Source: Streptomyces virus Yaboi
Taxonomy: Duplodnaviria; Heunggongvirae; Uroviricota; Caudoviricetes
DNA: 57,807 nt
Reading direction: 5' to 3' (one strand)
IMG/VR virus record: IMGVR_UViG_2974625447_000001
Coordinates: 1 to 57,807 of that record
The translations under genes were made by a program, and so were the position numbers. Below are positions 8,233 to 15,150 of this stretch, one piece after another. How positions within the stretch are numbered: the first letter of the stretch is position 1; each line of letters opens with the position of its first letter. A model generated the notes under the pieces. That model had not been told where the DNA came from. It saw nothing but the letters and a program-made list of their open reading frames with translations, and ran no database searches.

Positions 8233-8499
8233 TTACAGCTTCGGCTTCTTGCCGATTCCCATGCTCTTGCCGAAGTCGTAGGACTTGCCCTTGACCTCAT
8301 ATCCGTTGACCGCGCGGGTGACTCGGAACGGCGCAGCGTGGTGAAGAGCGGACAGCTTCTCAGCGGTACCGGCCGCCGTCACGTAGACTCGACCCTCACG
8401 CTCGCTGACCCGGTAGTCCAGTTCGACGCCATAGACCGTAGCCATCGTGATGACGACACCGGCACGCTTGGTGGAAACCTCACCGAAGAGAACAGCCAT
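8233..8499 (-). CDS. Hypothetical protein, 88 aa
   Basis: GAAAGG RBS; its promoter is embedded in the 3' end of the upstream gene. Confidence 0.8.
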   Translation of the reverse strand: MAVLFGEVSTKRAGVVITMATVYGVELDYRVSEREGRVYVTAAGTAEKLSALHHAAPFRVTRAVNGYEVKGKSYDFGKSMGIGKKPKL

Positions 8500-8532
8500 T
8501 TTATTGCCTTTCGTCGTTGTGACTAGAGTCTA

Positions 8533-8811
8533 TCAGATGCGGTGAACGTTGTCACGCAGTTCGGTGAACGTGTGCGGACTGGCCACCAGCTCGGCATTGC
8601 GGTAAAACCCGTGATCCACAAGGACCGTGATCGAATTGTACACGACACTCTGAACAGTGCCAGTGTAGGCGATCTTGCCGTTGATCTCAAGGCCCTCGTT
8701 CAAGTAGAGCTGAGCCCACGAATTGGTGACCAAAACCCTGTCACCCTTACGGATCTTTCCGTAGTTGCTTTGGAGATGCTTCCTGATCCTGTAGCTCAGC
8801 GGCATCGACAT
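8533..8811 (-). CDS. Hypothetical protein, possibly SH3/KOW-like
   Basis: IRKGDRVLV motif; start placed downstream of promoter 8835-8863. Confidence 0.7.
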   Translation of the reverse strand: MSMPLSYRIRKHLQSNYGKIRKGDRVLVTNSWAQLYLNEGLEINGKIAYTGTVQSVVYNSITVLVDHGFYRNAELVASPHTFTELRDNVHRI

Positions 8812-8923
8812 GATCTCTCCCTTTCGTTGAGACGAGTCTACATGACACCGGGTCAGGATGCAACACTTTTTCAAAAGAGCCGGGGCGGCCAAACGGCCCC
8901 CGAAGGGGCCGTTGGCTAGATGA

Positions 8924-9496
8924 TCAGCACTGGCAGCCGCATCCCTTGCAGCAGCCGCAGGCGTAGTATTCGCCGCATCGACCGATGGAGTCAATGGCCA
9001 CGTCGTTGGTCGTCAGCTTCTCACGCAGCGCGTTGAGAGCGGAGTCCGTGGCCAACTCCGGTTCCGGCTTCGGGGAGTTCTTCTCGGCCTCCTCGATCTT
9101 GGCCCAGTCGAGCTGGTCGGTCGTCCCGACCGGCTTGATCATGTCCATGATCGCCTTGGCCTCGATGAGACCCAGCGGGCGGAACTTGTCCCGGAGGATC
9201 TTGATGCAGGTGATCTTGCGGGTCAGGTCACGCTCGGTGAAGTTCATGACGGCCCAGGCCGTGGCCTCCACAACCTTCGGGTCGAAAGCCGCACGGATGG
9301 AGTTCTTGCCCGCCTCGACACCAGCGTTGTACTGCTCCTGGCCGTAGACGTACTTCGCGTCCTCGGCCTTGTACTTCTCGTCCTCCATCTTGCGACGGAA
9401 GCCACGCTCGATGTCCCCCGCGAACTGAAGGGCGGTCTGGATCTTGGCCTCGGGGAAGTAGTTGCCGACCTGCTCGACGATCTTGATCTTCTCCAT
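8924..9496 (-). CDS. Protein with ribosomal L7/L12 C-terminal-like motif and Cys-rich tail (paralog 2)
   Basis: KITCIKILRDKFRPLGLIEAKAIMD; tail CGEYYACGCCKGCGCQC. Confidence 0.65.
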   Translation of the reverse strand: MEKIKIVEQVGNYFPEAKIQTALQFAGDIERGFRRKMEDEKYKAEDAKYVYGQEQYNAGVEAGKNSIRAAFDPKVVEATAWAVMNFTERDLTRKITCIKILRDKFRPLGLIEAKAIMDMIKPVGTTDQLDWAKIEEAEKNSPKPEPELATDSALNALREKLTTNDVAIDSIGRCGEYYACGCCKGCGCQC

Positions 9497-9629
9497 GACA
9501 AACCCTTCTCTCTAGGGGCCTCTTGCCCCTTTCGATGTACTAAGCTTAGCAGAGTCTAGCGCGCCATGTCCAACTGCTCTTTCATGATCTTTTGACCGGG
9601 GCGGTTCGCGCCCCGAAGGGCGCTAACCT

Positions 9630-9929
9630 TTACTCCCAAGGCGCGTAGTCGCTCTCACGCTCGGCAGGCTTACGCTCGATACGGTCCCGGTACTGGCCGA
9701 TGCTGTTGACCGACCAAATCGGCTTGAGACCCTTGTTGCTGTAACGCTTCTTGGTCAGACGCTTGAGGACGGTTTCCGCCTCACGACGGGAACGAACCTT
9801 GATCGACACGCAGGGCTCACGATAGTTGTACCACCAGCCACCCTCTTCGGACCCGCCGTATGCGCGGTCCTCAAGGTAGATGTTGGCGTAGAACGGACGG
9901 GGCTTGCGAACCTTCGGCGTCTTCTTCAT
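9630..9929 (-). CDS. Hypothetical protein with DRAYGGxEEGGWWY motif
   Basis: Leaderless-type ATG 7 nt after the TAGACT -10. Confidence 0.75.
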   Translation of the reverse strand: MKKTPKVRKPRPFYANIYLEDRAYGGSEEGGWWYNYREPCVSIKVRSRREAETVLKRLTKKRYSNKGLKPIWSVNSIGQYRDRIERKPAERESDYAPWE

Positions 9930-10006
9930 AGGGATGAGTCTAACAGAGTATCGGGCCGGTGGCAACAGATTCTCAATTTAGCCGGGGCGGCCCCGAAGGG
10001 CCTCCA

Positions 10007-10162
10007 TTAGAGAGACTTGGTTTCGATCTTCCGACACTTAAGACACTTGCGAGCCTGCATGAGCTGGGTCCATTCGACAGGACGACCCTTGATCCATCCG
10101 AGCAGAGGGCTATCCATGTGAGCAGTGAACACATTCCATGGCGTCCACTTGTGAAAACACAT
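10007..10162 (-). CDS. Small Cys/His-containing protein, 51 aa
   Basis: TAATG coupling to the upstream gene; CxHxW...CxxC. Confidence 0.65.
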   Translation of the reverse strand: MCFHKWTPWNVFTAHMDSPLLGWIKGRPVEWTQLMQARKCLKCRKIETKSL

Positions 10163-10410
10163 TACTTGTCCCTCCAAAGGAACTGACCCTGACACGCACA
10201 GTCGTTCGGAACCCTGTCTACCTTCTTGAAAGCACGATTGATCGTTGTGCGCGGGTAGACAGCTCGCAGACACTCACGGGGGTTGTGATGCCCCACCTTG
10301 ATCCACTCGTCTACGACTTCTACATAGAGGAAAGTCTGTTCGTGTCCACGCTCCACAGGATCGGAAACGTAGACATCACCTTCGGAGATCCAGTTGATTC
10401 CCAGGTTCAT
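10162..10410 (-). CDS. Hypothetical protein, 82 aa
   Basis: Leaderless ATG 6 nt after TAGACT. Confidence 0.7.
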   Translation of the reverse strand: MNLGINWISEGDVYVSDPVERGHEQTFLYVEVVDEWIKVGHHNPRECLRAVYPRTTINRAFKKVDRVPNDCACQGQFLWRDK

Positions 10411-10608
10411 GTCTGTAGTCTAGCAGTCCGATTCCTTAGTTGGCAACACGTTGCGCCGATTTTTTAGTCTCTAGATGTCTGCACAGATTTTTAGTCATCT
10501 AGCCGGGGCGGCTAACTTTTTAGTCAAAAATTCACCCCTGCATTTCGAAGGTTTTTCGTGCATATACCTAAGAAACACAGGGGTGAAAATCTCTGCGAAT
10601 TTATTTGC

Positions 10609-10839
10609 TCAGGTCCACAGCTCCTCTACCTTGGACCAAAAGCGGTGGATTCGCGGGTCGTTGTTGTCATTGGCGTAGAAGGGATCATAGATCGTGCCCG
10701 TGATCACCCATGCCGCATGCGGATTGAATTCGGCAAGGCGGTTGAAGCAGAATTGCCCGTATCGCTGTCCCTTGTTGTCTCTCTGGAATTCAGCGATAGT
10801 GTCGAGAATGAATTGATTCAAGGTGAGGTCAGCGGGCAT
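10609..10839 (-). CDS. Hypothetical protein, 76 aa (RYGQxxFN motif)
   Basis: Coupled to the upstream stop. Confidence 0.7.
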   Translation of the reverse strand: MPADLTLNQFILDTIAEFQRDNKGQRYGQFCFNRLAEFNPHAAWVITGTIYDPFYANDNNDPRIHRFWSKVEELWT

Positions 10840-10840
10840 T

Positions 10841-11017
10841 TCACTTCCAATCGGTGGGAAGTCCACGGCCGAGGGTGATCTTCTTGTCCAGCTTCTCGAA
10901 TTCCTCCATTCCGGCAATACAACCGGCAATGGTTACTCCGTTGGGAGTCTTCTTGAATGCCTCCCACTTTGCGCGAATGTCGTCCAATATGAGCTGCATT
11001 TCCCTCTCAGCAGACAT
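10841..11017 (-). CDS. Hypothetical protein, 58 aa
   Basis: GAAGGA RBS; operon packing. Confidence 0.65.
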   Translation of the reverse strand: MSAEREMQLILDDIRAKWEAFKKTPNGVTIAGCIAGMEEFEKLDKKITLGRGLPTDWK

Positions 11018-11219
11018 ACTTTTCGTCCTTCCCACTACCACAAAGGCAGTATTTGGAATGTTTTGCTTCTACCGGGCGAAATCCTCTTTCGTTGTACTTT
11101 TTCAGCAGATTTTCGAGATTTCCCGAAGAAATTACGCCCGTTTCAGAAAAGAGACCGTTCTTTTCCAGCGTGAGGGTAAGCGAATGCGTCAGAACGATTT
11201 TCTGCTTTTTCTTGAACAT
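11007..11219 (-). CDS. Hypothetical protein, 70 aa
   Basis: AGGGAAG RBS; overlaps the next gene. Confidence 0.6.
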   Translation of the reverse strand: MFKKKQKIVLTHSLTLTLEKNGLFSETGVISSGNLENLLKKYNERGFRPVEAKHSKYCLCGSGKDEKYVC

Positions 11220-11273
11220 TGCTTCCCTTTCTACCCCTAATGGGGGATACCCTTTCGGATATCCCCCAATTGG

Positions 11274-11417
11274 TTACGCCAGTTCGGAAACGTGAGGGTA
11301 GGCGTCCCAGTCGATCTCTACGGTACGCGCGTCCTCGTGGACGGTGGAAACGGGCAGCTCAGAAGCGGAAACCAGACCCTCGGATACCGCACGCTCCAGC
11401 AGCTCAGCAGTGGTCAA
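11274..11417 (-). CDS. Small acidic protein, 47 aa
   Basis: Translated by hand from a TTG start with GGAAGGG RBS, behind promoter 11450-11478. Confidence 0.6.
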   Translation of the reverse strand: MTTAELLERAVSEGLVSASELPVSTVHEDARTVEIDWDAYPHVSELA

Positions 11418-11479
11418 GATGATCAGTCCCTTCCTTGTGGTGTGTTACCAGTCTAAGGGATAGATCTACGCTGGTCAAC

Positions 11480-11700
11480 CTGAAAAGTCCCCGGAAATTT
11501 TTCGTACCTTTCGTACACGCGCGGGTGGAATGTCCCGGAAAATCCTAAATGCCCTCGTAAACCCGAATGCCCCATATGCCAGGGATGCCCGATATGGGTA
11601 GGGTTTGATACGGTATGTCCGATTTGCCTGGTCTGTACCCAATGTCCGATTTGCCCCATATGTCCGGCCGCCCCGGTCAAAATCCTTTACCAAGTCGTTA
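11480..11700. repeat. Non-coding low-complexity repeat block
   Basis: ATGTCCGATTT at 11615 and 11642; CCCGGAAAWT at 11490 and 11534; ATGCCC variants; one box at 11668. Confidence 0.7.
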
Positions 11701-11783
11701 CCTAGAATCTCGAAAATCGGGGGTTTCAGCGTCCCTACTGGGGTAGTCTGTAGGTACAACGACGAACACAAGGGAGACAGACA

Positions 11784-12245
11784 ATGATCACCACCACCGC
11801 CCCGGTCACCGCTCACGACAGCAGCACCCACCAGTGCCGCGCGGATGACCGCACGGCCGGTAGCGCGTACCGCCGTCAGCTCCTCGCTACGGTGCTTATG
11901 CTGGCTAGCCTTACGGGACACTCGGACGGTGAAACCTACGCGGTGTGTGTGGGTTGTGGGCAGGATGCCTACGTTGGCGGTAACCCCCGCAGCATGGACA
12001 CGCTCAACCTGGGGCACTGTGAGGCTGACGCAACGGGTGGCACGTACTGCGCTGCGAACATGCTTCCCCTTTGCAGGCAGTGCAACGAAGACATGGGTAA
12101 GGAAAGCCTTACCGATGTGCTGGTTCCCCTGTATGACAACCGTCACATGTGGAATGGGAAGCTGGTCAAGGACAACGGCAAGGTTAAGCAGGAGCCGCAG
12201 GCTAACCGTGGACGTGCCAACTGGACGCGCCCCACGGGGGCGTGA
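11784..12245 (+). CDS. HNH endonuclease-like protein
   Basis: CVGCG...LGH...GG...NMLPLCRQCN is the zinc-binding HNH pattern. Confidence 0.75.
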   Translation: MITTTAPVTAHDSSTHQCRADDRTAGSAYRRQLLATVLMLASLTGHSDGETYAVCVGCGQDAYVGGNPRSMDTLNLGHCEADATGGTYCAANMLPLCRQCNEDMGKESLTDVLVPLYDNRHMWNGKLVKDNGKVKQEPQANRGRANWTRPTGA

Positions 12246-12496
12246 GCGGCCTAGGGGGACCGCCCCGGTAGGGAAACCTACCGGGGCACTTTCATGCCCT
12301 TAGACGGGCGCACAGAGCTTTTGAACACGATTTTCAAATGGCCGCCCCGGTCCGTGGAACCTTCCCCGGAGCAAAAGTCAAGCCATATGGGCGCACTAAT
12401 CGAATTGTTACAAAGGTATGCGAAGCATGTATCATACATCACAAAAAATTACTAACATTTCGAATCTGAAAATAGATGATCTTGTAGCCGCCCCGG

Positions 12497-12724
12497 TCAA
12501 TCACGCCAAAGCTCGAATCCCACAACGTGCATGCATGGCTCAAATCGGGCGTGATAGTCGCACTGGCAATTAAAACAATCGCCTGTGACCATAATTGTGC
12601 TCGGTTCTTTTCCGCAATGCAGACAGTTGGGAAAACCTAGACCGTGATACTCCAATGATTGATAATCTGAACAGAATGCGCAGTAGGCGTTAAAGCCTAT
12701 AACACTATCAGTCTTGTGAGTCAT
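12497..12724 (-). CDS. Small Cys-rich (zinc-binding) protein
   Basis: Three CxxC pairs. Confidence 0.7.
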   Translation of the reverse strand: MTHKTDSVIGFNAYCAFCSDYQSLEYHGLGFPNCLHCGKEPSTIMVTGDCFNCQCDYHARFEPCMHVVGFELWRD

Positions 12725-12920
12725 CGCTCATATCCCAGCTTGGAGGCGGACCAGCAATCTTGCCTTGCTTATGCAGTGCTAGAAGCTTTACTGCCTCTTC
12801 GGGATTTACTCCTCTGGCTACACACATCATTACGTCATAGAGTCTTAGGAGCATAATGGTGCTTACTACTTCATAGCTGTCTTGGTCAAAGACATCCTTC
12901 TCGCCGGGCTCATTTTGCAT
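12708..12920 (-). CDS. Hypothetical protein, 70 aa
   Basis: Overlaps both neighbours in a packed operon. Confidence 0.7.
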   Translation of the reverse strand: MQNEPGEKDVFDQDSYEVVSTIMLLRLYDVMMCVARGVNPEEAVKLLALHKQGKIAGPPPSWDMSDDSQD

Positions 12921-13602
12921 TTAGAGCCTCCAGCGTCTTTGGAAATGCCTTGCTTGTCAGATCATTGACAGCCTTAGCATACTGCTGAATTTCGTACTGA
13001 GCGTCATGCTCTAGTCTTTCTGCAAGGAAATGAGCAACGGTTGCCAGACTTGTTGTCCATCGCCACCGGACGAACATTCCATATGCAGGAAGAAATAGTC
13101 TTGCCTGCTCAGGGGCAATCTCCTCATCCATTGCCTCCTTGTAGAGTTCTTCCCCCTTGAGGATATAATCTACGAGAAGAGAAGTGAATTGATGACCCTT
13201 GCTCTTGTCAATAGGCTCTCCGCTTCCTTGCTTTGAATTAGCTGGCTTAGAGCGCCATGAACCGCCATCCGGAATGTAGAATTCCGGCTCCTCGGTAATG
13301 TACCTTCGAGAAGATTCATTCCAGCCGGTCTGATCTTCCAAATGGCTGCTTGCCACTGCGTACTTCCACCACTGACGCGCTACGAATAGTGGAGCATATA
13401 CCTCAAATGTCAATGCTGCGTGCCTAAACGGGGAAAGATGACCTTCCCGAACAAGGAACTTTAGTAGTCTGTCGTCCCTGTCGGAAAAGTCATCTGATTC
13501 CTTCGCATAGGAAACACGCGCCGCATTGACGATGGAAATATCATTGCCCATGTAATCTACAAGACGGACATAACCCTTGCCCAATACGTCAATCTTCGTC
13601 AT
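12910..13602 (-). CDS. thyX: Flavin-dependent thymidylate synthase ThyX
   Basis: NAARVSY, GHLSPF, APLFVARQW, NESSRRY, ARLFLP, HxAQxEI. Start reassigned to MTKIDVLGKG. Confidence 0.93.
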   Translation of the reverse strand: MTKIDVLGKGYVRLVDYMGNDISIVNAARVSYAKESDDFSDRDDRLLKFLVREGHLSPFRHAALTFEVYAPLFVARQWWKYAVASSHLEDQTGWNESSRRYITEEPEFYIPDGGSWRSKPANSKQGSGEPIDKSKGHQFTSLLVDYILKGEELYKEAMDEEIAPEQARLFLPAYGMFVRWRWTTSLATVAHFLAERLEHDAQYEIQQYAKAVNDLTSKAFPKTLEALNAK

Positions 13603-13852
13603 TTTCCCACTCTCTGTTGATATACCAGTCCCACTCTTGATCTTCGAATGCTTGATTCCACTCTTCTTCTGGGAGATCTGATTCGACAATCTGGACCTTG
13701 AACTTATGCACTTCGCCGGTTTCTCTTGACAGCACCGCGAAATGATCTCCAACGTATGTGATATCGATTTCATCATCGTTGGGTATTCTGTTGTTGTGCA
13801 CTTCCTCAAAGAGAAAGCAATCGAGATAGCTTAATGCTTCTTGTCTATCCAC
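13589..13852 (-). CDS. Acidic hypothetical protein, 87 aa
   Basis: ORF in a packed operon. Confidence 0.7.
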   Translation of the reverse strand: MDRQEALSYLDCFLFEEVHNNRIPNDDEIDITYVGDHFAVLSRETGEVHKFKVQIVESDLPEEEWNQAFEDQEWDWYINREWENDED

Positions 13853-14012
13853 TTAGGTTTTCAATCTCTCCATCTAGACGCTTTATCTCTCTTTGGGCAC
13901 GCTTCATACCTAGTTGATCTCCTGACCGCCGGGCCTTTTCAAACGCCCTGGCCTGATTGCGCCTCTGCTCTCGCAGATTATTGAGAGCACGTCTTACGCC
14001 AAAATCAACCAT
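13845..14012 (-). CDS. Small basic coiled-coil protein, 55 aa
   Basis: Translated by hand (MVDFGVRRALNNLREQRRNQARAFEKARR...); overlaps both neighbours. Confidence 0.7.
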   Translation of the reverse strand: MVDFGVRRALNNLREQRRNQARAFEKARRSGDQLGMKRAQREIKRLDGEIENLSG

Positions 14013-14166
14013 TTTCAGCTAGCCAATCATGCATGGCCTTGATTATCTCGGCCTGCTTTGAAGCTTCTCTTCCCGCCTTTTCCTTGCGCGCCCGGACATA
14101 TGCCTTCTGGGCTGCCTCAAGTATTCGGTTTGCTTCGTTAACATTTCTCGGTCTAGGGACCGCCAT
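14005..14166 (-). CDS. Small helical protein, 53 aa
   Basis: Translated by hand (MAVPRPRNVNEANRILEAAQKAY...); AGGAG RBS. Confidence 0.7.
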   Translation of the reverse strand: MAVPRPRNVNEANRILEAAQKAYVRARKEKAGREASKQAEIIKAMHDWLAENG

Positions 14167-14167
14167 T

Positions 14168-14603
14168 TGTCACTCCTAACCGTGACACTCTAGTCACGTC
14201 ATCTCGTATGTCACTAGAGTGTCACAGCTTTTGTCACCTGTCAAGGTGACATACGTGACAGAGCAACTGTGATCGTATTAGCAGGAATGTCACGACCCTT
14301 GATGTCACTGATTAGCTTGCGAAGCTCAGCTTTGTCACGGGTTCCGTCATCCCATAGCTCTTTGACCAGGCGTGACACACTCTTTTGCTTGTCATCTGTC
14401 ATGTCACGACGTGGAATTTCTGTCACGGTTGTCACGATTGGCGTGACATTTGTTTCTTCCTTGACAGCGGTGTCACCCTTTGTCATGACAGGCTTGGTGA
14501 CACTTTTGTCACCGGTTTTGTCACGCTTGTCACGTGACATCTTCTTAGGTGTCACTGACTTGTCACGCTTTCGTGACAGACTTTCACCTGTCACGTTTGT
14601 CAC
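14168..14603. repeat. Cluster of ~26 TGTCAC/GTGACA hexamers
   Basis: 18 TGTCAC and 8 GTGACA counted by eye. They span the 3' third of the ORF and the downstream intergenic DNA. Confidence 0.95.
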
Positions 14604-15125
14604 GACTTCATTGAGTCGGAAGAATACTACGTTTTTGAATCCCTTGAATGTCTTCCATGGGAAGATCATCCAGCTTACCTTACCGAAGACTGGCATCCTC
14701 TTAGGAACCAGTCCATTTGCTCGCATCTCAGAACGGTGCACAAAGCGCAGGTACAATTCAAACAATACACCTGCGATAACTGGCGGTGCTCCAAAAAGAA
14801 CTTTTCCTGGAGTCCCATAATTCAGTAGCGCTGCATGCTCTACGTTCAGATATACGGAAGTTCCGACAAATATGTATGTGGCTAGCTTTGGCGCTAGTCC
14901 ACTGTCCTCTGTTCTCGCGTACTTGGATGCAAGGTCAGCGACAAACAAAGCAGCGCCGTCGAATGCAATGCTTACTCCGAAAGCTAGTGCCTTTGGAACT
15001 CCGTAGAATTCTACGGCCATAGAATAAAGGCTCCACCAGCTTAGAGCAAGTGCTACGATGAGCACTGATCCGAATGAAACTGCGCCTCGCCAGTCCATGA
15101 GACGAGTGAGGTTGGGCTTTTTCAT
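14241..15125 (-). CDS. DUF2637-like 4-TM membrane protein with repetitive linker and helical C-terminal domain (Spd-like)
   Basis: Four hydrophobic segments with SWxxL, DG and E.Y features seen in DUF2637; AGGAG RBS before ATG 15125. Confidence 0.7.
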   Translation of the reverse strand: MKKPNLTRLMDWRGAVSFGSVLIVALALSWWSLYSMAVEFYGVPKALAFGVSIAFDGAALFVADLASKYARTEDSGLAPKLATYIFVGTSVYLNVEHAALLNYGTPGKVLFGAPPVIAGVLFELYLRFVHRSEMRANGLVPKRMPVFGKVSWMIFPWKTFKGFKNVVFFRLNEVVTNVTGESLSRKRDKSVTPKKMSRDKRDKTGDKSVTKPVMTKGDTAVKEETNVTPIVTTVTEIPRRDMTDDKQKSVSRLVKELWDDGTRDKAELRKLISDIKGRDIPANTITVALSRMSP

Positions 15126-15150
15126 TGGTCTCCTTAATGACAAAAAGGCA

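Larger units (their letters stand above)
881..11478 (-). promoter_or_regulatory. Array of ~20 sigma70/HrdB-type promoters (TTG(A/C)CN or TAGACA - 17/18 bp - TAGACT/TATACT/TAAGCT)
   Basis: Spans: 881-909, 1135-1163, 1550-1578, 2735-2763, 3251-3280, 4432-4460, 5241-5270, 5639-5667, 5922-5950, 6087-6116, 6678-6707, 7159-7188, 7691-7719, 8141-8170, 8527-8555, 8835-8863, 9543-9572, 9937-9965, 10417-10446, 11450-11478. All have 17-18 bp spacers. Confidence 0.85.
743..12497. repeat. Dispersed pseudo-palindromic box RCCG-GGG-CGGY, 21 copies
   Basis: CCGGGGCGG at 1180, 1585, 2789, 3304, 5295, 5684, 6141, 6731, 7212, 7743, 8880, 9596, 9982, 10503. Reverse form CCGCCCCGG at 744, 4486, 8195, 11668, 12260, 12342, 12488. 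Every copy is flanked by a purine (5') and a pyrimidine (3'). Confidence 0.95.
1..12500. other. Putative long direct terminal repeat / early (host-takeover) region
   Basis: Distinct composition (GC3-rich codons), a private 9-bp box seen only here, ~20 promoters, small genes and an Lsr2-like gene. Related Streptomyces BE-type phages have ~10-12 kb DTRs. The second copy is not in the window, so the boundary is approximate. Confidence 0.55.

Noticed and set aside
2071-9501. Long antisense or off-frame ORFs (2071-2640, 3733-4695, 5031-5723, 6265-6651, 7795-8136, 8542-8919, 8985-9347 and similar)
   Set aside because: Shadow ORFs of GC3-rich genes on the opposite strand; no RBS or promoter.
1180-10511. 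Box/hairpin array as a CRISPR array
   Set aside because: The conserved part is only 9-15 bp, the intervening DNA is 300-1500 bp of genes, and there are no cas genes.
1180-10511. Box array as integron attC sites
   Set aside because: No GTTRRRY/RYYYAAC cores and no integrase in the window; the similarity is architectural only.
11453-12146. Minus-strand ORFs with GHxGQIGH repeats (11453-11680, 11475-12146)
   Set aside because: They are translations of the non-coding repeat block and antisense to the HNH gene; no RBS.
14269-14820. Plus-strand ORF across the TGTCAC cluster
   Set aside because: Antisense shadow of the DUF2637-like gene.
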